Shown here piece after piece: positions 20,111 through 30,290 of a DNA stretch of 51,675 nucleotides (within the stretch, counting starts at the first letter, position 1; every line of letters begins with the position of its first letter). The stretch covers positions 1 through 51,675 of the IMG/VR virus record IMGVR_UViG_3300008255_000165; one strand, given 5' to 3'. This DNA is from a virus. Taxonomy: Duplodnaviria; Caudoviricetes. The notes beneath the pieces were generated by a model. It saw only the letters and a list, made by a program, of their open reading frames with translations. It had not been told where the DNA came from and made no database searches. A program made the translations under genes and the position numbers.

Positions 20111-21190
20111 TTACAGACTTCGGTCAATTACACCCATAGAAATCATGCGCGAATCCAGGCAAGCAAATCCCACTTCCTCCCATCCAAACACGCCCTGCTT
20201 CTGACGACGCAACAGTGTCGGGTCATCATAAGGCGTGAACTTGCGCTTGATGGGCATAACTAGCGAGTCGTTTACGCTGCGGTCGAAACCCCAGACCTGC
20301 GTCTCACCAGCCGTGGTGACTTCCCTATTAGCGTCAACGACGTTCGGGTTGTCGAGGTGGTAGTTCTTGAAGTTGGCGGAGCCATCAGCCGTGAACACGC
20401 CATAGCTGGAGGTGCTGCCATTGATGTTGAACTTGCCAACCGGACCGAGATGCGGAATCTCGTGCAGGTTAACGTTCCAGATGCTGCCCATACCAGCCGC
20501 TTGGAAAATCTCGCGGCGGGTAACAGGGTCGACGTCTGTGTCGGTCCACTCGCGGATATCAGCAGCATCCTCGGGGGATACATAGAGGTCCGTAAGGGTG
20601 CGGTCCGTACGACGCATACCAACAATCATCTTGTTCAAGAGCTCTTTCGAGAGGTAGCCAGCGCCAGCGGACCCACTGGAAACTTCGTACACGGGAGCGG
20701 AACGAGCACCGAGCAGGCCTGCGCCGCCGAAGTTCGTTGTACCGGCAGGAACGATAACCTTCCAACCACACTCTTCCTCGTACTCAGCAATCGCCTGAGC
20801 AATCTTGTTGATGGAACGACGCATAATATCTGTACGGCCTTCCTCGGCGTAAGAGAGCTTCCAGTCTGCAGCGGCGGAGATAGAGAACGTAGGTACGTAC
20901 ACGTCCTCGCCGACGCCTTCGATGAAGTTCTGAGCTACATAGCCCAAGCCAGGGAGTACCCACACGGGCACGTCAAAGTCATCAGCTACTGGGTAGAGAG
21001 CCTGGGCGCCGGGGCCGAGATTCTCAACCGAGAACATTTCGCGGATGACGGAGCGGAGCTTGATTTCCTGAAGAATAGGAAGCTCCAGAGCAGCAGCAAA
21101 CTCAGCTCGCTTAGCGTCGCCGACAGCGTTCATAGGCGCGGCAGCGGCTTCGCTAAACAGATTGGTTAGGTCTTTAAGAGTGATTTCCAT
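20111..21190 (-). CDS. Major capsid protein (HK97 fold), 359 aa
   Basis: AAGGAGG RBS before MEITL; strongly biased codons; position after scaffold and decoration genes; C-terminal GVFGWEEVGFACLD. Confidence 0.85.
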   Translation of the reverse strand: MEITLKDLTNLFSEAAAAPMNAVGDAKRAEFAAALELPILQEIKLRSVIREMFSVENLGPGAQALYPVADDFDVPVWVLPGLGYVAQNFIEGVGEDVYVPTFSISAAADWKLSYAEEGRTDIMRRSINKIAQAIAEYEEECGWKVIVPAGTTNFGGAGLLGARSAPVYEVSSGSAGAGYLSKELLNKMIVGMRRTDRTLTDLYVSPEDAADIREWTDTDVDPVTRREIFQAAGMGSIWNVNLHEIPHLGPVGKFNINGSTSSYGVFTADGSANFKNYHLDNPNVVDANREVTTAGETQVWGFDRSVNDSLVMPIKRKFTPYDDPTLLRRQKQGVFGWEEVGFACLDSRMISMGVIDRSL

Positions 21191-21204
21191 CGTACCCTCC
21201 TTGC

Positions 21205-21702
21205 TTATAGCAGGCACTTGATGAGCAAGCGCGTACCAGCGGCGGTCTGCGATGCTGTGAGTGTATTCAGAGCCATTGCCGCCGGCCCGTAAGCGTTGTC
21301 CGTGGTGGAGACTGAGTCAGCGTTTGTGTCAGAGAGCTTACCGTCGTTGTCACAATACAAAAGCGTACCGTAGGCAATACCGTCAGAAGCCTCGTCTACA
21401 TACTGGTCGGTCTCCCAGACACCCAAGGAAGCGACTGCAACAGCGTCGCCCTTGAAAGCATCCGAAGAACCCATGTCACTACGAAAACGAGCGTAAGAGG
21501 GCAAGTCAGTGTACTCGGCCTTAATCTTCTGCATCAAGAACCCAACGGGCGGGGTCGCGGTGCAGTCAGTGATAACGTCAACAGTCTTGTCGCCGACTAG
21601 CTTCATCAAGGTACCAGCGGCCAAAGGCAAGCTAGTAGCCGAATCTGCGTCGTGCACGAAAAACTGCATTTCAAGAACGGGTTCGCGCGGAATGAAAGTC
21701 AT
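21205..21702 (-). CDS. Capsid decoration/cement protein
   Basis: 165 aa, beta-rich; PVGFL...GVWETDQY...LLYCDNDGKL; immediately upstream of MCP. Confidence 0.7.
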   Translation of the reverse strand: MTFIPREPVLEMQFFVHDADSATSLPLAAGTLMKLVGDKTVDVITDCTATPPVGFLMQKIKAEYTDLPSYARFRSDMGSSDAFKGDAVAVASLGVWETDQYVDEASDGIAYGTLLYCDNDGKLSDTNADSVSTTDNAYGPAAMALNTLTASQTAAGTRLLIKCLL

Positions 21703-21735
21703 TGTGTCCTCCTAAGTAGTAGATACTCTATATCT

Positions 21736-22446
21736 CTACTTGTCTTCCTTTTTCATGATGAGCTTGCTGATTGCCTCGCCAAGCTTAATGGGGTCAGATT
21801 TCCTAGAAGCTAGGTCCATCTCTGTGGTAACAGGCGCAGCACCAGTCGTGTCGGTAGCGCCGTGGGCCAAACTGGCTACAATCTCGTTACGCAGTGCAAC
21901 TAGGTCTGCAACGTAAGCAGAGAACTCTTCATCAGACAGAGCAACAACCTTCACCTTCTGCGCGTCAAGGGCAGCCCCTGCTCGAAGCACGTTCGAGGAC
22001 TGAAGCGTCTCTAGGCGAGAAGCAAGAAGGGCCTCGGCATCAATTGCGTCCAGCCTGTCCTTGAGAGCAGAAGCCACCGCCTGCGACTCGGAAAGCTCCG
22101 CAGTTACAGCATCGAGCTTAGCAGCAAGCTCTTCCTTCTCTGTAGCTACAAAAGCAAGCGTGTCCCTGTCGGCCTCTAGCTCAGCCTTCAAAGTCGCCAG
22201 CTCGGCCGTCATGGCCTCTTTCTCGGCAGCAAGCTCCTCTAGGGAAGTCTGTGCTGTCTGCACATTCTCCGCTAGGGTACTTGCCTCTTCGCTCTTCGCG
22301 GAGAGCTCGGCCTGGACATCCGCCAACTGTGCGAGCTTTGCGTCGAACTCAGCCTGCGCCCTAGTGGCAGCAAGCTTACGCTCTTTCTCGGACAGGGCTT
22401 CATTCAGTGCCGCGGCAATGATTTCCCTAATCTCAGTCTTATCCAT
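21736..22446 (-). CDS. Capsid scaffolding protein
   Basis: Ala/Glu-rich coiled coil; GGAGG RBS before MDKTE; between protease and MCP. Confidence 0.75.
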   Translation of the reverse strand: MDKTEIREIIAAALNEALSEKERKLAATRAQAEFDAKLAQLADVQAELSAKSEEASTLAENVQTAQTSLEELAAEKEAMTAELATLKAELEADRDTLAFVATEKEELAAKLDAVTAELSESQAVASALKDRLDAIDAEALLASRLETLQSSNVLRAGAALDAQKVKVVALSDEEFSAYVADLVALRNEIVASLAHGATDTTGAAPVTTEMDLASRKSDPIKLGEAISKLIMKKEDK

Positions 22447-22532
22447 TGTTGAAACCTCCATGTATTCTTGTGTGTGCCCAACCAAGTAATCCTGTCAGAT
22501 TTATTCCTGGGCCTTTCCTGCCTTGCGGCACC

Positions 22533-23747
22533 TTACTTCAGCAAGTCGATAATCTCTTGATGAACTTGCTCGTCATAGTCATCTGGCGGCAAATCGACTC
22601 CATCTACCTCATCGGAATAGTGCATGAACCACAGAGAGGCGTGCAGGTCGTCCATACTGTTTACAGCATCTTTGACCGACCTCCCTAGAATATTACGAAT
22701 GCACCGTGCGTCAGTTGCGTCAGCGCGCGCTGGGCAGCCTGTCTCGAAAAGAGCACAGTAACTCTCGGCTGCGACCACGTCGTCTGGAGCCAAACCGATG
22801 TCCTCGGAAGTTCCAGGTGTGGAGCCGGATGAAGGTGGCCCTTCAACAACTATCCGCTTGTAGCTAACACAGGTACCGGGGTTGTCGCTTCTTCGCGCCG
22901 ATTCGGCACCCGCAGTATCGGACGAGTCTGTAAATAGATTAATACTACTAGACGGTTTTGTAAAGAGATTTTTACTGGACATGCTATTTTTACTCACCGT
23001 TTGGATGGGCTGGCATCCAGTTAGGTCCAAAGAAAGTCCCGATAGTGTGGTAGTCGCCTCAGCCTTGGCGGCCTCCAATATAATGGACTCAGGGTTAGCC
23101 GGGTTCTCCACCAAACCAATTCCGGAAAACATTAGGTTACGAAGCACCCTACCAATCACTGCACCGACGCGCCTGCCGTCTGGCATCACAACGTCTGCAA
23201 GTGTGCCAGAATACTCTACAACCTTCTCCGGAGTAAGTCCAAACTTAGCTGCTTCGTCCATCGATAGAATGAGCTCTCCAATCATAACATCAAAGTGGGA
23301 GTAGAAACACTCCATAGATACTTTGTAGTTACCAAGGGTGATTGCATCAGCGATATCTGGAAACCTCTGCTTGTAGAGAGTCATCAAAACAGCGATATCA
23401 AAGGAGGACTTCTCTATGTCAGCGGCACCTTGCTCCGCTAAAAACTGCAGGGGCTCAAAAACGCTGCGCTCTTTATCCATAAATGCACGACCGTATATAT
23501 GGCCTACTAAGGCATGCTGGATGTGCTCGACATCAAGGGGCTTACTGAGCATTGTGTCGCGGGCCTTGATGAGTTCAGAGGGCATAAAGACAGCACCATT
23601 GAGATTCATCCCAGTTGATACAAGGACGGCTGAGATGTACTGCAGGTCAGGCATCCTCTCATCTTCGGGAGGAAGCCCAAACGTTGGCGCTCCGGGAGCT
23701 GAAGCTACTTCAACCAGCGGAGCTTCAAGTATTACCTTATTTTCCAT
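22533..23747 (-). CDS. Prohead protease
   Basis: NLNGAVF, KPLDVEH, VSMEC, FSGIGLVENPA motifs; start at MENKV after GGAG. Confidence 0.8.
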   Translation of the reverse strand: MENKVILEAPLVEVASAPGAPTFGLPPEDERMPDLQYISAVLVSTGMNLNGAVFMPSELIKARDTMLSKPLDVEHIQHALVGHIYGRAFMDKERSVFEPLQFLAEQGAADIEKSSFDIAVLMTLYKQRFPDIADAITLGNYKVSMECFYSHFDVMIGELILSMDEAAKFGLTPEKVVEYSGTLADVVMPDGRRVGAVIGRVLRNLMFSGIGLVENPANPESIILEAAKAEATTTLSGLSLDLTGCQPIQTVSKNSMSSKNLFTKPSSSINLFTDSSDTAGAESARRSDNPGTCVSYKRIVVEGPPSSGSTPGTSEDIGLAPDDVVAAESYCALFETGCPARADATDARCIRNILGRSVKDAVNSMDDLHASLWFMHYSDEVDGVDLPPDDYDEQVHQEIIDLLK

Positions 23748-23949
23748 CGCCTTCTCCAATAGCGCAGTCATCAACTGACTCGCTCTCAATGGCGTCCCGA
23801 ATTAGTCTGGCAATAGCTCTTATACGGGCTTCGGTATCTGCTAGGCGGTCTAACTGCTTATCAACTACAGCAAGGCTGTAATCTTCAGTGTTATCTACCA
23901 CCTCTACAGCTACGCACCTACCAGCAGCTGGATGAGTTTCTTTATCCAT
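23737..23949 (-). CDS. Hypothetical protein, about 70 aa (true start may be downstream)
   Basis: ORF fills the gap and overlaps both neighbours. Confidence 0.45.
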   Translation of the reverse strand: MDKETHPAAGRCVAVEVVDNTEDYSLAVVDKQLDRLADTEARIRAIARLIRDAIESESVDDCAIGEGDGK

Positions 23950-24458
23950 TCTGGTGCTCCAACACTAGTCAAAATAGCGGTTATGCCTGCTGCCGCAACA
24001 ATAAAATACAGCCGTGACAGACGTGATTGTAGTTTGAGTACCGTTGACGGGCTCTTCTCTACCACATCCAGTATTGCGACTTTCTCCTGGTCAGACCAAT
24101 TAGCTACGGCGGAAGTAAACCTACGTACGAAGCCTATAAGAGCTGCGCGGTCTTCAGTATGATAGGGGCGGTCCTCAAAAAATGGAGCCAAGCCTTCGCG
24201 TAAAGCAGATAATGACGAAGTAAACTCGTTGTTGGCTGCGAGGATAACAGTAGCGTCATCCTTTATGGACTTGATAATATCAACCTGCTGACGAAGCTGA
24301 CTTAACGTAGCCTCATCAAGAGATTGCCCTGCTTCTAGAGTGGAGTTAATGCGTGACAAAGCTTCAGAGAACCTCTCAACGAGATTCCTGACCAGTACTG
24401 TATTTACCTCCATAACGTGGTTAGAAACCGCGCCGGAAGGATTCTTCTCATCTGGCAT
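23910..24458 (-). CDS. Coiled-coil protein with C-terminal TM helix
   Basis: LYFIVAAAGITAILTSVG hydrophobic segment. Confidence 0.65.
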   Translation of the reverse strand: MPDEKNPSGAVSNHVMEVNTVLVRNLVERFSEALSRINSTLEAGQSLDEATLSQLRQQVDIIKSIKDDATVILAANNEFTSSLSALREGLAPFFEDRPYHTEDRAALIGFVRRFTSAVANWSDQEKVAILDVVEKSPSTVLKLQSRLSRLYFIVAAAGITAILTSVGAPEWIKKLIQLLVGA

Positions 24459-24462
24459 TTAG

Positions 24463-26181
24463 CTACCCCCGGCCCTCCATAAGAAGGGCAAGTAACTCGT
24501 CTCTCTCACCTTGGCTCATCTCTAAAACATCGTCTCGCAGTGATGCCTGTGATTTCTTCTTAGGGCGCCCCGTGCCTACTGGCCTGCCCTCTGAAGGGGT
24601 GCGCGAAGGAGTACGCTGTGTAGGCTGTACGTTATCTCCGCCGGCTTTCTGGTTGTAGGGGCTGCCTATAATTCCGAAGTTCCCATCCAAAACGTCTTGT
24701 TTTTCTTCTGTAAGTCTAAACTTCTCTGTGTTCCAGTCGAAGTTAAGCTGCTTGACACCAGTCTCGTAAGATATAATACGCCGGTCGATTAGGCCCATTA
24801 ATACCCGAGTTAGCTCAATCTCATCTCTCAGCTCAATATCGTTGAATCTGACGGTAGGAATCCTATCGAACCCTGCAGCCTCTGCGACCTGCTTGTACTC
24901 CCTGTAAATCCACCGCTTAACCTGGCGCCTCGCGTAGGCTACCTCTGCGATGATATTCTTGATGGCAAGTCCAACTGCAGCACTGGACGAGTTTCCAGAG
25001 CCGTCAATAAGAGCGCGGACTACACCTAGGGCGCCTGTATAGTCGTCGTTTACCTGCTCATACTTCCGCTTGCCAAGGATAGCTTCAATCTCAGGAGATA
25101 CAATCTTCTCTACCTTAAGTGTATGATTCCACACAACGTTAAAAGACTTAGAAGACGTATCGAACAAGGAAGCGGCATTCTCTAGTACCTCCTGAGCCGT
25201 AACTGGATAGATATCGTTTCCTACAGTAATTAGTAGGATGTAGTTCGTGATGCCATCTAGTGTGCTGTAGTCGGCCTGGCGTAACGCACGTTTGTAGTTA
25301 ACTGACTCAAAAGCGTTAACCCCTCGGGGGGCTGGATACCTAGAGTACGGCATAGGCCTGTAGTCAATCTCACCCAGAATATTTGGGTCTAGAATATACC
25401 CCTCACCTGCGGCAGCGGCGGCTTTCATATCAGCCGGTATTCTAGCCAACAAGCTCCTCTCGTGGGCAGTCTTCCCTTCCTTCTCGATAAGTGCCCTAAT
25501 CTCCGAAAGAGCCTCAGCCTTTAACGCTGTGGTGGCTGTACCAAACATAACACTGCCTGAGATTTCAATAGAGAGGGGGTTGAGAATGGTGTATTTAACT
25601 GGCACACTAGCTTTAGACCAGCGCCGCTTGCGAGCTGCAGTTTCTTTTTTGGCGATTGGGCCGTAGATGTTGATACCTGGAACGTAAGTGCCGAGCTGCT
25701 TATAAGTACGCACCATACCCACGCGGTACAGGTCAAAGAACGCCTGGTCGACAATAGCGTCAAATCCAATATCAAATCCCCAGGAGTCAAAGTAGTTCTT
25801 TACAGAATCATCATCTGTATCGTTCTGAAACCCACTAGCCGAAAAATTCGTAAGTACTCGAATAGTAGAACCGTACAAGTCCTCATCATAGTAGTACTTT
25901 AGCGACTTTTTGAACAAGTCATGTGGCTTCTGGTCCGACGGAGGGGTAGAGCTCGTAAGGTCAAGGTCCCCTCTCTGGAGCTCTTGGCGCCTGATTACAG
26001 AACCCAGCTCCTCCATCTTACGCTTAATTACAGGGTCAAGGCCCTTGACGTTATTCCCGAGAGTAGCCAGCTGCTGGCCAGACACCTCCAGCTCAAGCTG
26101 TACCTGGCCGGGAGCTTTCTCTGTAACGCTAAGTACTCGTGGGGATACATCCCCCAATACGGCAGTGTCATCAGTAGACAT
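24463..26181 (-). CDS. Portal protein, 572 aa
   Basis: Directly after terL; typical size; DRRIISYET motif; low-complexity C-tail with GRP. Confidence 0.8.
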   Translation of the reverse strand: MSTDDTAVLGDVSPRVLSVTEKAPGQVQLELEVSGQQLATLGNNVKGLDPVIKRKMEELGSVIRRQELQRGDLDLTSSTPPSDQKPHDLFKKSLKYYYDEDLYGSTIRVLTNFSASGFQNDTDDDSVKNYFDSWGFDIGFDAIVDQAFFDLYRVGMVRTYKQLGTYVPGINIYGPIAKKETAARKRRWSKASVPVKYTILNPLSIEISGSVMFGTATTALKAEALSEIRALIEKEGKTAHERSLLARIPADMKAAAAAGEGYILDPNILGEIDYRPMPYSRYPAPRGVNAFESVNYKRALRQADYSTLDGITNYILLITVGNDIYPVTAQEVLENAASLFDTSSKSFNVVWNHTLKVEKIVSPEIEAILGKRKYEQVNDDYTGALGVVRALIDGSGNSSSAAVGLAIKNIIAEVAYARRQVKRWIYREYKQVAEAAGFDRIPTVRFNDIELRDEIELTRVLMGLIDRRIISYETGVKQLNFDWNTEKFRLTEEKQDVLDGNFGIIGSPYNQKAGGDNVQPTQRTPSRTPSEGRPVGTGRPKKKSQASLRDDVLEMSQGERDELLALLMEGRG

Positions 26182-26189
26182 TTATACCT

Positions 26190-27899
26190 CTACTTCCTTG
26201 GCTGCTTTAGGACTGCGCTAGAGATTGCTCTGGACACTGCGGTGCGGGATTCTGGCCTTGAGGACGACGCGGTGCGGTCGTATACCAAGCCGCCTGTCCA
26301 CAATACCTGAGCATTATCCACTGCTCTCTCCATCTGGGCAATCTTTCTGCCACCATAGACGAATGCTGAAAATAAATCCTTCTTCTGCGCCCCATGGCCC
26401 CCACCGTTAGGAACATCGAAGTGTGCCTGGCCTGATTTTGTGGATGTAACCACGATTGCTAATAGCTGCTTTACCAGTACTACAATACTCTCGTGAATAA
26501 GCTCCTCTGACTCTAGCCCTGATAGGGTGGGTCCAGCAAAAAACAGCTTAGAGTTTTCTAGGAGGTTCAGTGTAGACCAGATGCACTCGGAGTTGACGTT
26601 CGGAGATGGGTTGACCAGCTCTAGTATGTGATTTCCTTCAACTCCAAAGTATTCTTCATCGTTAACATCAAGTATAATACGATTTCCGTATCTTGTTTCA
26701 TCAGCGAGCAAATCCTTGATAGCTAACCCTCCACCTTGTGAGTCCATAACCAGGTACTCCGGCTTAAAGAGCTCACATACATCCATAAGCCTGTCGGCCA
26801 TAGCTGGGAACTTCACCCCGTTCTCGTGTGTGGCATAGCATACCTTAGTAACACCCGTAGGCTGTAGCTCAAATACCACTATAGCAAAAAAGTCATTAGT
26901 TCTAGCAGGGTCACACGCTACTACGTACCGACAAGCTTCGGCGCGCTTGGTAACAATAGTATCCCCAGGAGGCAATACCCTGGACTGCAAAAGAGAGGCT
27001 TTGAAGACGCCGTCAGAGTCACTTTCCCAAATACCAAGATATTCCATACGAAACAGCGAGGCAGGCATAGTAGCCTTTGCCTCTTCTAGGACGTCCTCGT
27101 TCATAAATCCTTCGGGCATATCCGTATAGTTAGCGTAAGCAACCGCGTAGCCCGGCTTACCCTCGGCAATCATCTTCTCGTACTCTTGAATACGAGCGTA
27201 CATATGATTGAACTTGTAGAAAGCTGATGACACCATGATTATCGTATTAGAGTTAAGCTGGCCGGCAAGGTCCTCCTCTGAGACACCGAGCTCTCGAAGG
27301 CCTTTTAGACGGGCTACCTGCTTAACCCTCTCCATCGGATTACTGGATGTCGCTGCCATGGGCTTGATTACAGCATCGAAGATTTCTTCCGGCAGCTGAG
27401 CAAACTCGTCTGACAAAATAACGTGAAAGCGGGCGCCTCGGATTTTCTCTCCGGTCCCCAACGGAACGGCCTCAATCATGGATGCGGGCACTGGCGCTAC
27501 AGACCTAAACTCTAGAATGCACCTATCAGACTGGAAGGTGGGCTTCTTCGCTGTGGCCTCCCTAAAAATAGGCGAAGCATACCAAAGCTTCCGCACTTCC
27601 TCGAAAATCATCTTCGACTGGCGAAAACTCGGGGCGATTAGGCCAACCCGAGTACCAGGATATAGCATAGCTTTCAGGGAGGCGAATACAGAGAGAAGAA
27701 AGGTTTTTCCACAGCCGCGGCCTGCTGTTATGATGGAGAACTTGTTGTTCCACATAGCATCTAACAGTACTTGCTGCGACACTGGCAGGTCTACGTTAAG
27801 AAGCTCCGTCGCAGCTATAGCTGGGTACTTTCTGTAGTACTGCAGCAGCTCGAAATTGGATTCTTCTACCGTATCAGATACGGAGAGCCTATCGTTCAT
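26190..27899 (-). CDS. terL: Terminase large subunit
   Basis: Walker A AGRGCGKT, IRGARF, Walker B ILSDE, nuclease CDPA and KKDLFSA. Confidence 0.95.
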   Translation of the reverse strand: MNDRLSVSDTVEESNFELLQYYRKYPAIAATELLNVDLPVSQQVLLDAMWNNKFSIITAGRGCGKTFLLSVFASLKAMLYPGTRVGLIAPSFRQSKMIFEEVRKLWYASPIFREATAKKPTFQSDRCILEFRSVAPVPASMIEAVPLGTGEKIRGARFHVILSDEFAQLPEEIFDAVIKPMAATSSNPMERVKQVARLKGLRELGVSEEDLAGQLNSNTIIMVSSAFYKFNHMYARIQEYEKMIAEGKPGYAVAYANYTDMPEGFMNEDVLEEAKATMPASLFRMEYLGIWESDSDGVFKASLLQSRVLPPGDTIVTKRAEACRYVVACDPARTNDFFAIVVFELQPTGVTKVCYATHENGVKFPAMADRLMDVCELFKPEYLVMDSQGGGLAIKDLLADETRYGNRIILDVNDEEYFGVEGNHILELVNPSPNVNSECIWSTLNLLENSKLFFAGPTLSGLESEELIHESIVVLVKQLLAIVVTSTKSGQAHFDVPNGGGHGAQKKDLFSAFVYGGRKIAQMERAVDNAQVLWTGGLVYDRTASSSRPESRTAVSRAISSAVLKQPRK

Positions 27900-28650
27900 C
27901 TAAATCCTTAAGTGCTTTAAGCTTCTTACGCTTAAACTCTTCTTTATCTGCTTCGAGACCTTTCGCCATGTCTTCCAAACGAGCTCTCTTCTCAGTATCG
28001 TACGCTACAGCAATATCAACAATGCTAAAGCTCTGCTTGTTCTTGGTATCTACCCTGTCCATTCGCCTAGAAGCCAGCCCCATCTTCAACTTCTCTGAGT
28101 TCTTTCTAAGGCGCTCAATAGTACCTGCGGAGTCTAACATCGCCTTGTCCTGGCCCTTGGCTACTTTGAGCAGGCGCAGCTCCAGTACCCTGTTCAGCAC
28201 TAGGCTGATGAGGTCATCTAGGTCAGAGGCAGATAACTCATCGCGGGGAAAATCCAGTAGAAACTGCTTGAACAGCCCGAAAAATAAAGACTCTTCATCT
28301 CCATCCCTCAGAATGTCCCTAACGGCCTCTAGAAAAATCAAGTCATCAGGCTTAATCATATCCCCAAAGAACTCGGAGATGTCCTGCGACTGCCTGGTAG
28401 ACCTGAACTGGAGCTGCTTTACAATCTTCTCCTTAACCTCTTTTGGCTTGTCCTTCCGGTACTGTATGAGGTTTGCTCTGCTGTTGGAGTTACTACGTGC
28501 CTTTGGGCTCGAAGGCTCCTCACTAGCAAGCTGCTCCTCAGAAGGAAGTTCAGCCGTTTTCCACTCCTTATCCACTATCTCTTGAATACGCTCGTCGCTA
28601 AGAACCTCGTCGGCCTTCTTAACGTCGATGATTTTCTTTTTCCGAGCCAA
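27889..28650 (-). CDS. Putative terminase small subunit
   Basis: Overlaps the terL start; helical, charged; NSRANL motif. Confidence 0.6.
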   Translation of the reverse strand: MARKKKIIDVKKADEVLSDERIQEIVDKEWKTAELPSEEQLASEEPSSPKARSNSNSRANLIQYRKDKPKEVKEKIVKQLQFRSTRQSQDISEFFGDMIKPDDLIFLEAVRDILRDGDEESLFFGLFKQFLLDFPRDELSASDLDDLISLVLNRVLELRLLKVAKGQDKAMLDSAGTIERLRKNSEKLKMGLASRRMDRVDTKNKQSFSIVDIAVAYDTEKRARLEDMAKGLEADKEEFKRKKLKALKDLDER

Positions 28651-28651
28651 T

Positions 28652-29161
28652 TTACGCCTCCAGGCGTGCTTTGTCCGCGTCGGCTTTATCTAAAGCTGTA
28701 TCAGCACGGCGCCCAAGAATCTCAAGCATCACGTGCACTTTACTGGACGTAACACGTACTACCCGACCAGTGAACCCCTTGAATGGGCCGGCGTTGACAA
28801 CAACAAGGTCATCTACGGAAAACTGCTTGTTAGAAGACACCTGCCACTCTTCCAAGCGCTTAACCTCTCTGACGGGCTCGACGTCCTTTGCTGAGCACGA
28901 GCCAGTGTAAGTAGTAAAAAACGGTGAGGCTGTAAGTAGTTGGAAAACTTGTGGGTGGCTGTGGTAGTTAATATAGATGTACCCCGAGTACAGCGGGACG
29001 GACTTCGTCTTCCTTTTACCGCCCTTGGTCTTGTACTCTTCAATCGCTGTAGGGTACAGGTACTCGCGCACTTGCGGAAGACTGTCTAACAGCCTAACGG
29101 CGTCGTCGTACCTGCTCTTGCGTATAACCCAAATGTGCCACTTGTAATCCATAACCACCAC
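28652..29161 (-). CDS. NusG/RfaH-family transcription elongation factor
   Basis: NGN-like PLYSGYIYI and KOW VVVNAGPFKGFTGRV...LEILGR. Confidence 0.9.
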   Translation of the reverse strand: MVVMDYKWHIWVIRKSRYDDAVRLLDSLPQVREYLYPTAIEEYKTKGGKRKTKSVPLYSGYIYINYHSHPQVFQLLTASPFFTTYTGSCSAKDVEPVREVKRLEEWQVSSNKQFSVDDLVVVNAGPFKGFTGRVVRVTSSKVHVMLEILGRRADTALDKADADKARLEA

Positions 29162-29422
29162 CTAATACGAGTAACTGTTGTCCTCTGTAACACTGTACAG
29201 CTCTCCGCAACTGGAGCAGCCAACCATAACTGTGGTACGCGTAACGGACGCGCCACTACCACAGCTAGGGCACTCAGCCATTACACACAATCTGCCGTGT
29301 TTCTTTACCTTGCCGAACGAGAAGGGTAGATTTTTTGCTGCGGCCTCGCGCTCTCCGCGAGCCAACATATCCCGGTATCCCTTACTGCCTCTGGCTGCTT
29401 TGTTTGGCGCTTCTCTTGCCAT
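29162..29422 (-). CDS. Small Zn-ribbon protein
   Basis: CPSC...CSSC; GGAGG RBS. Confidence 0.7.
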   Translation of the reverse strand: MAREAPNKAARGSKGYRDMLARGEREAAAKNLPFSFGKVKKHGRLCVMAECPSCGSGASVTRTTVMVGCSSCGELYSVTEDNSYSY

Positions 29423-29434
29423 AACTGCCTCCTG

Positions 29435-29623
29435 CTAATCCCTGAAAGGTGGGGGCTTCTTAGTATCCTTGGGCTCAGAGAAGGGGTTCGTTTCTCCAGG
29501 CACGTAACCCTCTCTAGGGTACTTACCTCTATAAGACCGAAACCGGTCTGCCGTATCAACATCGAACTCCCTATGAAAGTCTGAAATACGGGAAACCCCC
29601 CTCTTAATCACGTTATCTCCCAT
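29435..29623 (-). CDS. Hypothetical protein, 62 aa
   Basis: GGAGG RBS; coupled to the upstream gene. Confidence 0.6.
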   Translation of the reverse strand: MGDNVIKRGVSRISDFHREFDVDTADRFRSYRGKYPREGYVPGETNPFSEPKDTKKPPPFRD

Positions 29624-30275
29624 ATCGTCCCTCCAAGACCATTAAACTGTCAAGCTGTTTGTATAGGTTACTGAAGTCGGCATCGTTATTTACCACGTAG
29701 TCCCACTCAAACCCGTCCAGCGCCACCTCAGATTTGTGAGAAGCGGTAGAGGCAGCTAGAGTTTGGGTGGGCCTGGTCACATTTACCAAGATGCCTCCGG
29801 CCTCTCTAACCGCTCTCACCTCGTTGGGAAAACGCACATCACATACTGCTGTATTAACGTCGGGAGAAGTGCGGGCTAGTAGTGTTCTAAGATGATAGTC
29901 TGGGTAGTAACTGCGTATCACATCGGTCCCAATGAACTGTAGAATCTCTCTAGGGGTACTGAGCACTCTACCTATGCGGCTAACGTCGCTCTCTACGTAC
30001 ATATCAGATAGGTCAACACCGCACTGTCTAAGGTCACCAAACACTCGGCTAAACACAAGCGAGTCTAGGTGTGCAGTATATTCTACGGATTTGGGCAGCT
30101 TAGAGGACTTTCCTGCCTCGGTACTTACATCCTCAGCGCTCAAAGAAAAAAGCTCCATACACATCCCTTTAAGGCTGCGTGCGAAGCTATCCTTAGCGAA
30201 CCCATACTCTTTCACTAGATAGTCTCCAGACGTATCCTTACCAACCCCCGCCTTGTACCCAAAACCAATAAGCAT
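29613..30275 (-). CDS. Deoxynucleoside monophosphate kinase
   Basis: GYKAGVGKDT, FARSLK, TPREILQFIGT, DVRFPNE, HKSE. Confidence 0.9.
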   Translation of the reverse strand: MLIGFGYKAGVGKDTSGDYLVKEYGFAKDSFARSLKGMCMELFSLSAEDVSTEAGKSSKLPKSVEYTAHLDSLVFSRVFGDLRQCGVDLSDMYVESDVSRIGRVLSTPREILQFIGTDVIRSYYPDYHLRTLLARTSPDVNTAVCDVRFPNEVRAVREAGGILVNVTRPTQTLAASTASHKSEVALDGFEWDYVVNNDADFSNLYKQLDSLMVLEGRYGR

Positions 30276-30290
30276 TGTAAATCTCCAGTG

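Noticed and set aside
20357-21169. 270-aa + strand ORF, and similar ones over terS, HEG and HTH genes
   Set aside because: Antisense to well-supported genes
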